IMG/VR virus record: IMGVR_UViG_3300020050_007616
Span: 1-34,037 of that record
DNA from: a virus
DNA: 34,037 bases
Direction: 5' to 3' (one strand)
Every line of letters begins with the position of its first letter. Within the stretch, counting starts at the first letter, position 1. Under the pieces are notes generated by a model. It was not told the DNA's origin. It saw only the letters and a list, made by a program, of their open reading frames with translations, and did no database searches. Of this stretch, positions 21,481 through 29,730 are shown in pieces. The translations under genes and the position numbers were made by a program.

Positions 21481-23505
21481 TTATTGATTTTGATTTTGGT
21501 CTTCGTTTTCTACGTCTATCTGAGACAATCCTAATGCTGAAAAAAGCACTGGGTAGTCACTGTCGAGCAAGTTGTAAAGCTCTTTTGTTTTTGGGTTTTT
21601 CAGCGCTTTTTTAAGTGTTTGTTTGTCCTTTGCAGCTGCACCAAGCGTCCTGAGTTCATTGGACATTATTGGGCCAGCGCCAGGAATCTTACTAAGTAGC
21701 GCCATAGCCCCAATTCTATCAAGGTTATCAATAAAAAACCCAGCCGACCCTTTAGGCATTGCTGCGCTTGGCGGAATTAGTTTTTCCGATATGTCGCGCA
21801 TCTTTTTTAGCTTTAGGAATTCCTCCTCAGACATGATTGCCTTTATTTTTGGCTCAAGGGTGTCAAACCTAGACGCAAAGGCGTTAGCTCCAAATATGCG
21901 CTCACCCTTAACTTTTCGGCTTTTAGCTTTAAAAGCATCGTCTAGCAGGTCAAGGACAATACCAGCCTTTAACTGAGATTTGGCAAGCCGTCCCTTTGAG
22001 CCAGCTCTATCAAGTGACTTAACAACCGCTTTAACTTGCTCCACTGGCGTACTTTTGGCCGCAAGCTTCTGGTATACCTGACTCTCCTCAATTTTTGGGA
22101 TATTTGACACCCTGCTTTTATCGCTAATTAGAGCGCTGACCATGCCCGCTTCATCAAACTCTGTTTTTAGCGCTGCATGGCTAAGTCTCGCCTCTTTTGC
22201 GGCCTTGGCTACTGATTCATTGCCGGAAGCTTCCAGCGCTTTTGATGCAAGATCAAACTCCCCGTCAAGAGCTTCTTTTAATGGGCCAGTAAAACGCGCG
22301 GCTTGCCCTGTTTGGTCTGACTTTTCAATAGCATTTAACCGCTTCCGCATTCTTTCTGCGTTTGCAACACTAAGCGGAGTTATTTCAATGCCTGCCTTTT
22401 TAGCCGCTTCAACAGATGCAGGTGTTAGGTCAATACCGAACTCTGTCATCAGCCCGCTAAGCGCCTTGAATTGCCCAGGATTTGTAGCGGCAAAATCCCT
22501 GATATCACCCTTGTCTGGCAAAGCCATTGCCATGACTTCTGTATTTAGCTGCACATTTTGATCTTTTGTAACTTCTGCAAGCTTGTCATAGGCTAGTTTT
22601 CGCTTATATTTCACACTGCTTTTGCGCAAGTTTAATGCACTTTTTAGTGTACTGCCTATTTCATTGGCATCTGCATCTGTTATCCCTTCTAGGTACTTCT
22701 TAATCTCCTCACTCTGTGCAAGCTTATAATTGCGCATTTCGTCGCCAGCGTCATTTACTGTTTGCTCCAACAGGTACGCTTCTTTTTTTAGCTGGGCAGT
22801 ATCTTGTGTCAATTCCCCAGAAGTGGCGCGAATGTCGGTCCCATCAAACTTAGGCGGCTCTGAATCTGCTTTTTTAACTACCTCCACTGGTTGCTGAACT
22901 TCTCCAGTCTTAAGTTTTCCTGCACCCTTCACCCCAGCAATTTCAAGCAATGCCGTTGGTGTCGTGCCAGCTATAGTAGCCGCAAGCGGGCTTCCTGTTT
23001 CTTCATGCACGCGCGCCCCTGCTGTGTCTCCAAGCCCTTTCTGCTGTACGCTCTCAATTGTGCTTGATGCTTGGTCTACGCCCTGCCCCGTCAAAAGCTC
23101 AGTTAATCCAGCCAATCCAGATATTGGGATGTTGGCTAAACTTAGCACCTTCTGCAAAGCACTGCCAAAACCCGCCGCCTGATCTTTAGCTATATCTGTT
23201 TTAGGCTCATAAGTTAACGTATCTTTTACAGACTCAACCGCCTTTGCGCCTGCACCCTCAGACGCCCAAGGATTGATTGATTGAACAATGCCGGCCCAGC
23301 CTGCTAGTGGTTCAGCAATCGCTCCAGTAGCAAAGCTAAGAATGTTTTCAGCTGCTCCAATAGTTGGGTCTTTTGCAAATACATCACCAATGGGAGTTGA
23401 AGAAAGCTCTTTTTGAGACTCACCGGCAAAGATGTTGCGCCCAACCGGATTCTCAGCTTCCTCGCTAGCTTGGATGGTTTCTTCTGCAAACAAATTTCTC
23501 GCCAT
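21481..23505 (-). CDS. Internal virion / ejection protein candidate (P22 gp16 position), 674 aa
   Basis: Assigned by position and Ala/Lys/Glu-rich low-complexity composition only. Confidence 0.45.
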   Translation of the reverse strand: MARNLFAEETIQASEEAENPVGRNIFAGESQKELSSTPIGDVFAKDPTIGAAENILSFATGAIAEPLAGWAGIVQSINPWASEGAGAKAVESVKDTLTYEPKTDIAKDQAAGFGSALQKVLSLANIPISGLAGLTELLTGQGVDQASSTIESVQQKGLGDTAGARVHEETGSPLAATIAGTTPTALLEIAGVKGAGKLKTGEVQQPVEVVKKADSEPPKFDGTDIRATSGELTQDTAQLKKEAYLLEQTVNDAGDEMRNYKLAQSEEIKKYLEGITDADANEIGSTLKSALNLRKSSVKYKRKLAYDKLAEVTKDQNVQLNTEVMAMALPDKGDIRDFAATNPGQFKALSGLMTEFGIDLTPASVEAAKKAGIEITPLSVANAERMRKRLNAIEKSDQTGQAARFTGPLKEALDGEFDLASKALEASGNESVAKAAKEARLSHAALKTEFDEAGMVSALISDKSRVSNIPKIEESQVYQKLAAKSTPVEQVKAVVKSLDRAGSKGRLAKSQLKAGIVLDLLDDAFKAKSRKVKGERIFGANAFASRFDTLEPKIKAIMSEEEFLKLKKMRDISEKLIPPSAAMPKGSAGFFIDNLDRIGAMALLSKIPGAGPIMSNELRTLGAAAKDKQTLKKALKNPKTKELYNLLDSDYPVLFSALGLSQIDVENEDQNQNQ

Positions 23506-24506
23506 TATTTAACCCCTAGCTTGTTCAACACTTGCGCGCGAGTCATGCCATTATCTTTCATTGTTTGCTGAATGTCAGACTCGGTAACGGTGCCATACTT
23601 TGCTGTTTGGTATGTTTTTGATGGGGCTGCAATTTTTTTAGGTACTCGCCTTTTTAGCGACTCTTTGAAGTCAGTTGGAATTGATTCTCCAAATGTATCT
23701 AAATAGTCGTTTATCTCTTCCTCTGTTGACACAATTGCAGAATTGGCCAGATTAGATGCTGTATCTACCATGTCGGTAAATACGCCTTCTGGCAATGAGC
23801 CGCCGCCTTGCAGCTTTGTTGCGTATCCAATTAAATAATCCGCAGCACCACCAGTTGAGCGCGCTTGGTCTTGCTCGCCTTCGCGCACAACAGATGTCGG
23901 GTCTAATGCCTTCATTAACTTAAATACGGCTGCAAGTTGCGACGTAGGCGAACTAGAAGCCTTTAGCGTTTTTAGGTCTTGTGCAGCTTTATATATTTGA
24001 TTTGAGCCAGAAATAAGACCTGTTACATCCTTGTTAATGCTAAGCCTGTCTTTTGCATCAAGAGCTGTTTTTTCTGCCGACATAGCCGCCGCCTTTTCTT
24101 TTAATGCAGCCGCAATGTCTTCTTGCAAAGAAAATTTTCCGGTATCTGGGTTAAAACTATACCCTGACATGTCGCCAGTTCCTTGTTGGAGCTTTGTCTT
24201 GTCTTCTGATACTGATTTGTGGCTATCAATAAACCCCTTAACGAAATTAGGGCTTAACTGATACGCTTCTATAAACAGCTGCTCCCTGATATTGGGGTCT
24301 TCTGTCTGCTCCATTGCGGCCAGCTTCATTGCTGCGTTTTTTTGCCCTGCAATCGCCGCTTCCTTTTCTTGTTGCGCAGCTTGTTCGGCCTCTTGCGCCT
24401 TTTTAGCTTTGGCCACGGAGGCGATACCCTGGCCAAGCGCTGCAAAACCTTGGTTGAATTGGCTTGGCTGGTTTAGATATCCTAGAATGTCAGGTGCTTG
24501 TGCCAT
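23505..24506 (-). CDS. Internal virion / ejection protein candidate (P22 gp20 position), 333 aa
   Basis: ATG at 24506 (MAQAPDILGY...) shares a base with the upstream stop (TAATG). Assigned by position only. Confidence 0.45.
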   Translation of the reverse strand: MAQAPDILGYLNQPSQFNQGFAALGQGIASVAKAKKAQEAEQAAQQEKEAAIAGQKNAAMKLAAMEQTEDPNIREQLFIEAYQLSPNFVKGFIDSHKSVSEDKTKLQQGTGDMSGYSFNPDTGKFSLQEDIAAALKEKAAAMSAEKTALDAKDRLSINKDVTGLISGSNQIYKAAQDLKTLKASSSPTSQLAAVFKLMKALDPTSVVREGEQDQARSTGGAADYLIGYATKLQGGGSLPEGVFTDMVDTASNLANSAIVSTEEEINDYLDTFGESIPTDFKESLKRRVPKKIAAPSKTYQTAKYGTVTESDIQQTMKDNGMTRAQVLNKLGVK

Positions 24507-25213
24507 TAGATAATCGCTCCGTAAATTTGTGCGCCAGTGCCAGCTAATTGCAGCCAAGGGCTTATGCCTGTTGGTGCTGATGCAATGGCTTTTTGCGCTG
24601 CGATATTGCCCTGATTAATCATGCCCTGCTGAACGCTTTGGCCAGCCTGACCAAGTGCGTTCATTGTTGTGCCTAATGTGCCCAATCCTAAATTGACGCC
24701 TTGTGTTAGTTGGTTTAGGCGATTCTGCACTGCGGTGTCGCCGTAGGCTTGAGCCTGCTGGAACGTTGATTTGGCAATTGCGTCCTGCATATTTCCAGAA
24801 CGAAGGCCGCCTGTTGCTGCACCGGCAGCGGCTAACTGCTGTGTTGTTTGGTCGATAATGCTTTTAAATGCGTCTGTATTTAATGACTCTTTTCGGAAGG
24901 CATCTTGCGCCGATGGGTCTAAGAACGCAGTAAGTTGCGGTAGAAATGATTCCCCAGCTTGGATATATGGTGCAGTCATTGCTTGGAAATCTTCATATTG
25001 CTGACGAGCAAGTGCAATGGCCTGCTTATTTGCGTCTTCTTGCGCTGCAAGCGCGTCTCGTGCAGCGTCCTTTTGTGCCTGACCGCTTACCGTGTCATCA
25101 ATCTTCTGGAGCAACTTATCAGGGTCAAGCATACCACCAACAGGACCGCCAAGGGCAAGGTTGGTCAGGCCACTACTTGTTGTCGGGTCTATTTTAGCTA
25201 CAGCTCCACCCAT
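24506..25213 (-). CDS. Internal virion / ejection protein candidate (P22 gp7 position), 235 aa
   Basis: Assigned by position. Gln/Ala/Gly-rich. Confidence 0.45.
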   Translation of the reverse strand: MGGAVAKIDPTTSSGLTNLALGGPVGGMLDPDKLLQKIDDTVSGQAQKDAARDALAAQEDANKQAIALARQQYEDFQAMTAPYIQAGESFLPQLTAFLDPSAQDAFRKESLNTDAFKSIIDQTTQQLAAAGAATGGLRSGNMQDAIAKSTFQQAQAYGDTAVQNRLNQLTQGVNLGLGTLGTTMNALGQAGQSVQQGMINQGNIAAQKAIASAPTGISPWLQLAGTGAQIYGAII

Positions 25214-25671
25214 TTCTTAATCTCCTCTCTTGTTATGCCAAGTGCGTAGCGGTCGATCAACACGCCTTCACGTAATATTGATTTGCGGTCGAGTCCTTCG
25301 TCCTGAAAGCCGCACTTCTTGGCGAACCCATAAACGTCTGGGAATGTTACCGGAATCTTTGATATAAGCTTTTGAAAGCTTGGCGCAAAGGTGTTTAGTG
25401 CGAAGTTGTAAAACATCTTTGCGCAATCGAGTGCAAGATGCCGAAAGCCAACAACTATATTTATATGAATAACATACGTAACAGCGGTTTCGGGTGATAA
25501 ATGCACAAAGCCTATGCATTCACTTTCAAGGAAAAAACCAAAGTAAAAATCAGATTCAGGAAGCTCGATTTGATCAAAATTAGTCAAGTCGTCGCACACT
25601 CGCCTAGATAGCTCGCTATCTGCGATAATCTCGCTAGCTACTGTGCTACTGATTCGCTGAATTATAATCAT
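25198..25671 (-). CDS. GNAT-fold (RimJ/RimL-like) acetyltransferase-like protein, divergent
   Basis: 157 aa. The C-terminal FAKKCGFQDEGLDRKSILREGVLIDRYALGITREE matches the GNAT beta6-beta7 pattern GFxxEGxxRxxxxxxGxxxDxxxxxxxxxE. The acetyl-CoA loop (R/QxxGxG/A) is not evident. Confidence 0.5.
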   Translation of the reverse strand: MIIIQRISSTVASEIIADSELSRRVCDDLTNFDQIELPESDFYFGFFLESECIGFVHLSPETAVTYVIHINIVVGFRHLALDCAKMFYNFALNTFAPSFQKLISKIPVTFPDVYGFAKKCGFQDEGLDRKSILREGVLIDRYALGITREEIKKWVEL

Positions 25672-26273
25672 ACGCTCATTTGCTTGGCTGTTTTTGCTTT
25701 TGCGATTATATCATTAATGACGCCAATCGCATTATTTAAATCTGCCACGGCTGTATTGTGGTTGGTGCGAATATCGTTAATAAGATCCGACTGCTCTTGG
25801 GCATAAACTTGCGAGTATGCCGCTGGAGCTGCTCCAACCGCTGGTAGCGCCACTGTTGCGGTTGATACGACAGCGTTTGATGATATGGCAGCCCGCAACA
25901 CAGTGCCGCCAGTCACCTCAGTACAATAGTCGTTAGTGCCAACTATGTTTCCGGTCGCACCATGCTCGCTAGTCCCGCCAACATGCGTAGCCAAGTCTGT
26001 TGTGACTTGCAGAATATCGGCTTCATTAGTAGTGACGCGAACATCTAGCGCCGCTATATCAACCTCTGTAGCGCCAACCCGTAACGTCAGGGCGTCCAGA
26101 TCAATTTGCAGTTGATCTAAAACTATTAAGAAATTGTCATCACTGCTGGCTAGAAGAATTAAATTCTCCAGCAAAGTTAGGTAATCGTTAACTAGCCAGT
26201 CTGGCCACCCTAAGCGTTTAAGGTCAGAAGCACTAGGCCGTAACGTTTGAAGCTGCTGTGCAAGTGTGGCCAT
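25668..26273 (-). CDS. Tail needle (P22 gp26-like) coiled-coil protein
   Basis: 201 aa. DALTLRVGATEVDIAALDVRVTTNEADILQVTTDL resembles the gp26 heptad region (NVRVTTAEGEI). Lies directly after the gp10-like gene. Confidence 0.6.
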   Translation of the reverse strand: MATLAQQLQTLRPSASDLKRLGWPDWLVNDYLTLLENLILLASSDDNFLIVLDQLQIDLDALTLRVGATEVDIAALDVRVTTNEADILQVTTDLATHVGGTSEHGATGNIVGTNDYCTEVTGGTVLRAAISSNAVVSTATVALPAVGAAPAAYSQVYAQEQSDLINDIRTNHNTAVADLNNAIGVINDIIAKAKTAKQMSV

Positions 26274-27679
26274 TAGCTAACCTCTATGTCAAACTTAGAA
26301 AACGCCATGCGCGACCGTGACACGCCGCGCAGCCGAAACGTAACCCAGCTTCTGACATACCCCAAGCGCCGCACAATGAAGCGCAATCCGAACTGATTAT
26401 TCATGCCATATTCCTTGCTGTATTCCATGCTATTGGCGCGCATATCTTGCGACATAGATATAAAAACAGTTGCATCGTTATCAGGTGAAACGCCAGGAAT
26501 TGTTTCTATTTCAAGTTTATTGATTGATCCGGTTTCAAGCATTACCGCTGGGGTATGAATAAGCCACTCAACCATAGCGCCATAGTGGGTGCAGATTGTC
26601 CTATCTATCTCACCGACGCTGCCATCACGCTTGTCGCCAATGAGCCATTTCCCGTTTCTTGGGTCACGAACGATATTGCGGCCACGATAGGTTAGGTCGC
26701 CGGTAGTGTCTGTCTTCAGTATCGACCAAGACGACTCTAGCCCAAATGTTTCTGCAACTGACTCATTAAATACAAGCGTATGACTTGGTAGGTGGAACAT
26801 AATAAATGTTACGTTGCCATCTATAAACGCATCGACGGTTGATGTCGATAATTCGTCATCAGTGTAAGACTGCAATATAACGTCAGTTTCCCTTGTGGAA
26901 AGTGATTGTTCTGTACCGATGCTAATAATATGGAAGGATGGAGCTGTATTTTCACGCCGACTTAGTGTGTACCATTTCCCGTTCAACTCTTTTTTACAAT
27001 GGACGCCAAGAATACCTATTTTTTGGTTTTTACGTGGGATTGTCTGAAAAGCAAATGGTGTAGCGCCAACGTTTATAAACGATTGTTTTGAAAACTCACC
27101 AAACACAAGAACCTCGTTTTCTTCTGTGCGGCCAAGCCCACGGGAAGAATCCGGCATAAACTCTGCGTTTGCAAAGGCCAGTGGCTCATATTGCTCTTCA
27201 TTCAAAATGTTTGAATGGTAAATTGTTTCGCCATCTGTCAGGAAAAAATACCCATCAACCCAAACAATATCAATTGGCGCGCCTATGTCTGGGTCTGCCA
27301 TTTGGCGGAAGCCGTCAGTCGGGTTGTAATAAAACAATTTGCCATCAGCTACCACAGCCACATTATTAAATGAAAAATCAATGCTTGCTTGGGCGCTCCC
27401 TGGAATTGTTCCCAACACCGTCACCGCACCACCAGCATCAATGCGAATGAAGTCTGTGCCAGATACCCTGTAGTGACCCTCAAGGCCGTCACGCGACACC
27501 CACTTGCCGCCTCGATCAATGCCGCTACCGGATGCAAACTCAGACAATCCGTAAAACGACAACACATAGCCTTTTGCCCCCAAAATATCGCGCTTAACTG
27601 CGTACATATTGGTTAGCAGGCCATCTCTGTAATCGGTGTTGCTACCGACCTTGTCGCCCTTTAACATTGGTATCTGCAT
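26273..27679 (-). CDS. Tail hub / packaged-DNA stabilisation protein (P22 gp10-like)
   Basis: 468 aa (P22 gp10 is about 472 aa). The N-terminus IPMLKGDKVGSNTDYRDGLLTNMYAVKRDILGAKGYVLSFYG parallels the remembered gp10 N-terminus LPMMKG...DYIDYLPVNMLATPKEILNSSGYLRSFPG. Confidence 0.75.
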   Translation of the reverse strand: MQIPMLKGDKVGSNTDYRDGLLTNMYAVKRDILGAKGYVLSFYGLSEFASGSGIDRGGKWVSRDGLEGHYRVSGTDFIRIDAGGAVTVLGTIPGSAQASIDFSFNNVAVVADGKLFYYNPTDGFRQMADPDIGAPIDIVWVDGYFFLTDGETIYHSNILNEEQYEPLAFANAEFMPDSSRGLGRTEENEVLVFGEFSKQSFINVGATPFAFQTIPRKNQKIGILGVHCKKELNGKWYTLSRRENTAPSFHIISIGTEQSLSTRETDVILQSYTDDELSTSTVDAFIDGNVTFIMFHLPSHTLVFNESVAETFGLESSWSILKTDTTGDLTYRGRNIVRDPRNGKWLIGDKRDGSVGEIDRTICTHYGAMVEWLIHTPAVMLETGSINKLEIETIPGVSPDNDATVFISMSQDMRANSMEYSKEYGMNNQFGLRFIVRRLGYVRSWVTFRLRGVSRSRMAFSKFDIEVS

Positions 27680-27702
27680 TTTACTTCTCTATAGGTTTTG
27701 GC

Positions 27703-27882
27703 ATGGATGCTAAGCGTTTTTCAGTTATAGAAACAAGACATTTAGAAGGCGCAACAATTACTCGGCAAGAGTCATGCTTTGACATAAAACACAACGCCGT
27801 TGGCCGTGCAGAGAGGCTATCAAAACAACACCCAGAAAAGATATTCAGGGTTTATGATAACCTCGCCTGCTCATACCTTTAG
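27703..27882 (+). CDS. Possible antisense-oriented 59-aa ORF in a gap of the tail operon
   Basis: MDAKRFSVIETRHLEGATITRQESCFDIKHNAVGRAERLSKQHPEKIFRVYDNLACSYL. AGG lies 7 nt upstream of the ATG. No convincing promoter. The minus strand has no ORF here. Confidence 0.3.
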   Translation: MDAKRFSVIETRHLEGATITRQESCFDIKHNAVGRAERLSKQHPEKIFRVYDNLACSYL

Positions 27883-27974
27883 CAGCCTTTTTTCTTGCCC
27901 TTCTTTTTGCCTTCGCCGATCTCAATTTCAACCATGATTGCTGGCTTCTTTACTGCTTTCTTTTTTGCTGCCAT
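27879..27974 (-). CDS. Possible 31-aa lysine-rich peptide (MAAKKKAVKKPAIMVEIEIGEGKKKGKKKGC)
   Basis: Hand-translated. The ATG lies 1 nt after the upstream stop. Weak SD. Confidence 0.3.
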   Translation of the reverse strand: MAAKKKAVKKPAIMVEIEIGEGKKKGKKKGC

Positions 27975-27975
27975 T

Positions 27976-28728
27976 TTAGTTTATCCCTATAAGGCTAAAT
28001 ACAAGTGAGCTTGATATTATTGATACGTTCCCGCTGGTACTGCTTGCCAGTGCCAGACCGAGAATGTCGCCAGCTTGCGCAACAAACGTTCCGGTGCCAG
28101 ATATGTTACCAATATCCCCTGTATTTGGTAGCTTATTTGGTAGCTTGGAGTGAACTGCGCGAGCCGATAGCGTAGTAACGCCGCCACGAGTTACCGAAAA
28201 CGCAGCGCCTACATGCGTATTGTTTTCTGAGTGAGACACGTCAGCAAACCCAGTGATCTGCACAACGCCACCGTTTAATACCTGCACACGACCATCTGCA
28301 AGCGTGATGAATGCTCCATTTTTATTTAGAGTCTCTGCAAAACCATTTAGTACTTGTACATAACCGCCCGATGCTGGGTTTAGGTCTGCCGTACCAGTTC
28401 CCACGACAGTAACAAAGTAGTTGACGGCTGGGTGCGTTATAGATACTTGAGCAATCCCATTGCCACTAGCTGGGATTAAATTCGCGCTTCCGGTTGCGCC
28501 ATCAATCTGGGCAATAACTACGCCATCAGAACAATTGCACTCAATAATTCCATGATTCCATCCTTTGCCGTTTGTCTCGTCATTATCAATGATGGAAAAC
28601 CTAGACTGTGAAAAGTATCCCGCCACTAGCACATCTGCTTTACTGTCGCTTGTTTCATAGACGTATTTGTTAAAAATACCGCGCGACTGTATCGCAACCC
28701 TGTCTAGCGACTCTTGATTAAAAGCCAT
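27976..28728 (-). CDS. Hypothetical 250-aa virion-module protein (no P22 counterpart at this position)
   Basis: ORF track. Strong SD AAGGAAAG. Gly/Val/Ser-rich beta-type composition. Confidence 0.7.
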   Translation of the reverse strand: MAFNQESLDRVAIQSRGIFNKYVYETSDSKADVLVAGYFSQSRFSIIDNDETNGKGWNHGIIECNCSDGVVIAQIDGATGSANLIPASGNGIAQVSITHPAVNYFVTVVGTGTADLNPASGGYVQVLNGFAETLNKNGAFITLADGRVQVLNGGVVQITGFADVSHSENNTHVGAAFSVTRGGVTTLSARAVHSKLPNKLPNTGDIGNISGTGTFVAQAGDILGLALASSTSGNVSIISSSLVFSLIGIN

Positions 28729-28740
28729 AAACTTTCCTTG

Positions 28741-29442
28741 TTATGAGCAGTTAAAGTTAACAGTCACATTATTTATGCGGCCTGTGTCTGTTGTAATAGT
28801 AAAAGTTACTGTTTCAAAATTCGCAGCCGACTGAAGACATTCTACACGGTAACTGATAACTCCATTTAGTTCTGTGTCATTGCTAACAAGTAGGCCGCTC
28901 GTGTTTGTGTAAGTGTAAGTAGTTACCGACTCAGACCCAAGCCAGTCAACAAAGCTTTGCGAAAAGTCGTTTATATCTCCGATAGACATATAGTTTGTCT
29001 GGTATGAAATTGGCGGCTGAACGACTGGGATCATAAAGTTACTTACACGCTGTAGACGCATATTGCCAGACCCGCGCGGCATTCTCCGAGGCGGCTGCAC
29101 CTGTCTTGTCTGTGCTGTAAACGCATACAAAGAAGACATTCCAGCGCCTTGCATTAGTGCTAATGTAGGTGTTAATTCCTTGCCAAAGTGCAAAGCAAGC
29201 TCACACGCCAAAAGGTTTTTAACTGGTCCAATCTGTGTGTAATCAATGCCTGACTCGTCAGCCGTGTCGGGCGACTCAGTAAAATTATACCCAAGTGAAA
29301 TATTGCCAGCCTCAAAACTACCCATCATGTCTTCGAGCACATCAAGCGCAAGTGCGACTTCGGCCGGTGTTGCGCTATCGGTCAAGCCTGAAATTCTAAG
29401 TCGTGAGTATGCACCGTCAACAATGCTTCCCTTAGTCGCCAT
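28741..29442 (-). CDS. Tail adaptor (P22 gp4-like) with a C-terminal extension of roughly 70-80 aa
   Basis: 233 aa. KGSIVDGAYSRLRISGLTDSATPAEVALALDVLEDMMGSF and RRMPRGSGN parallel the remembered gp4 segments KGDLVRAALRKLGV...DDLEAMMAEW and SRMPTGSGN. Confidence 0.7.
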   Translation of the reverse strand: MATKGSIVDGAYSRLRISGLTDSATPAEVALALDVLEDMMGSFEAGNISLGYNFTESPDTADESGIDYTQIGPVKNLLACELALHFGKELTPTLALMQGAGMSSLYAFTAQTRQVQPPRRMPRGSGNMRLQRVSNFMIPVVQPPISYQTNYMSIGDINDFSQSFVDWLGSESVTTYTYTNTSGLLVSNDTELNGVISYRVECLQSAANFETVTFTITTDTGRINNVTVNFNCS

Positions 29443-29686
29443 AGCCTAGCTTCTCTTTTAATGTGTTAATTCTGGCGTTTTCGTAATTCTCAATTCCTGC
29501 CAGTTTTGCTGCTTCACGGATTTCAGAAGATGACAGCTTGCCGGATTTATTTGTGTCAGCCTGCAATACAGGTGCTTTTGGCTCTAACAAAAAACCGTTG
29601 TCTAAATGAGCTTGCAGATCGAGCGCTTCACAAAAGCTTTCTGTAAACTCTCCGCTAGCTTCTTGCTTGTAAATCAAAACAGCCAT
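29432..29686 (-). CDS. Hypothetical 84-aa protein with an EF-hand-like loop and a HeH/SAP-like C-terminus
   Basis: ATG at 29686 follows a GGGGGG SD (MAVLIYKQEASGEF...). DTNKSGKLSSSEI fits the EF-hand loop pattern. LSSSEIREAAKLAGIENYENARINTLKEKL resembles HeH/Rho-N-like motifs. Confidence 0.6.
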   Translation of the reverse strand: MAVLIYKQEASGEFTESFCEALDLQAHLDNGFLLEPKAPVLQADTNKSGKLSSSEIREAAKLAGIENYENARINTLKEKLGYGD

Positions 29687-29699
29687 AATCCCCCCATGT

Positions 29700-29722
29700 A
29701 AAAAAAGGGGGCCGAAGCCCCC
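29700..29722 (-). terminator. Rho-independent terminator directly after the coat gene
   Basis: Minus strand: GGGGGC-TTCG-GCCCCC followed by TTTTTTT. Confidence 0.8.
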
Positions 29723-29730
29723 TGTCTGGC

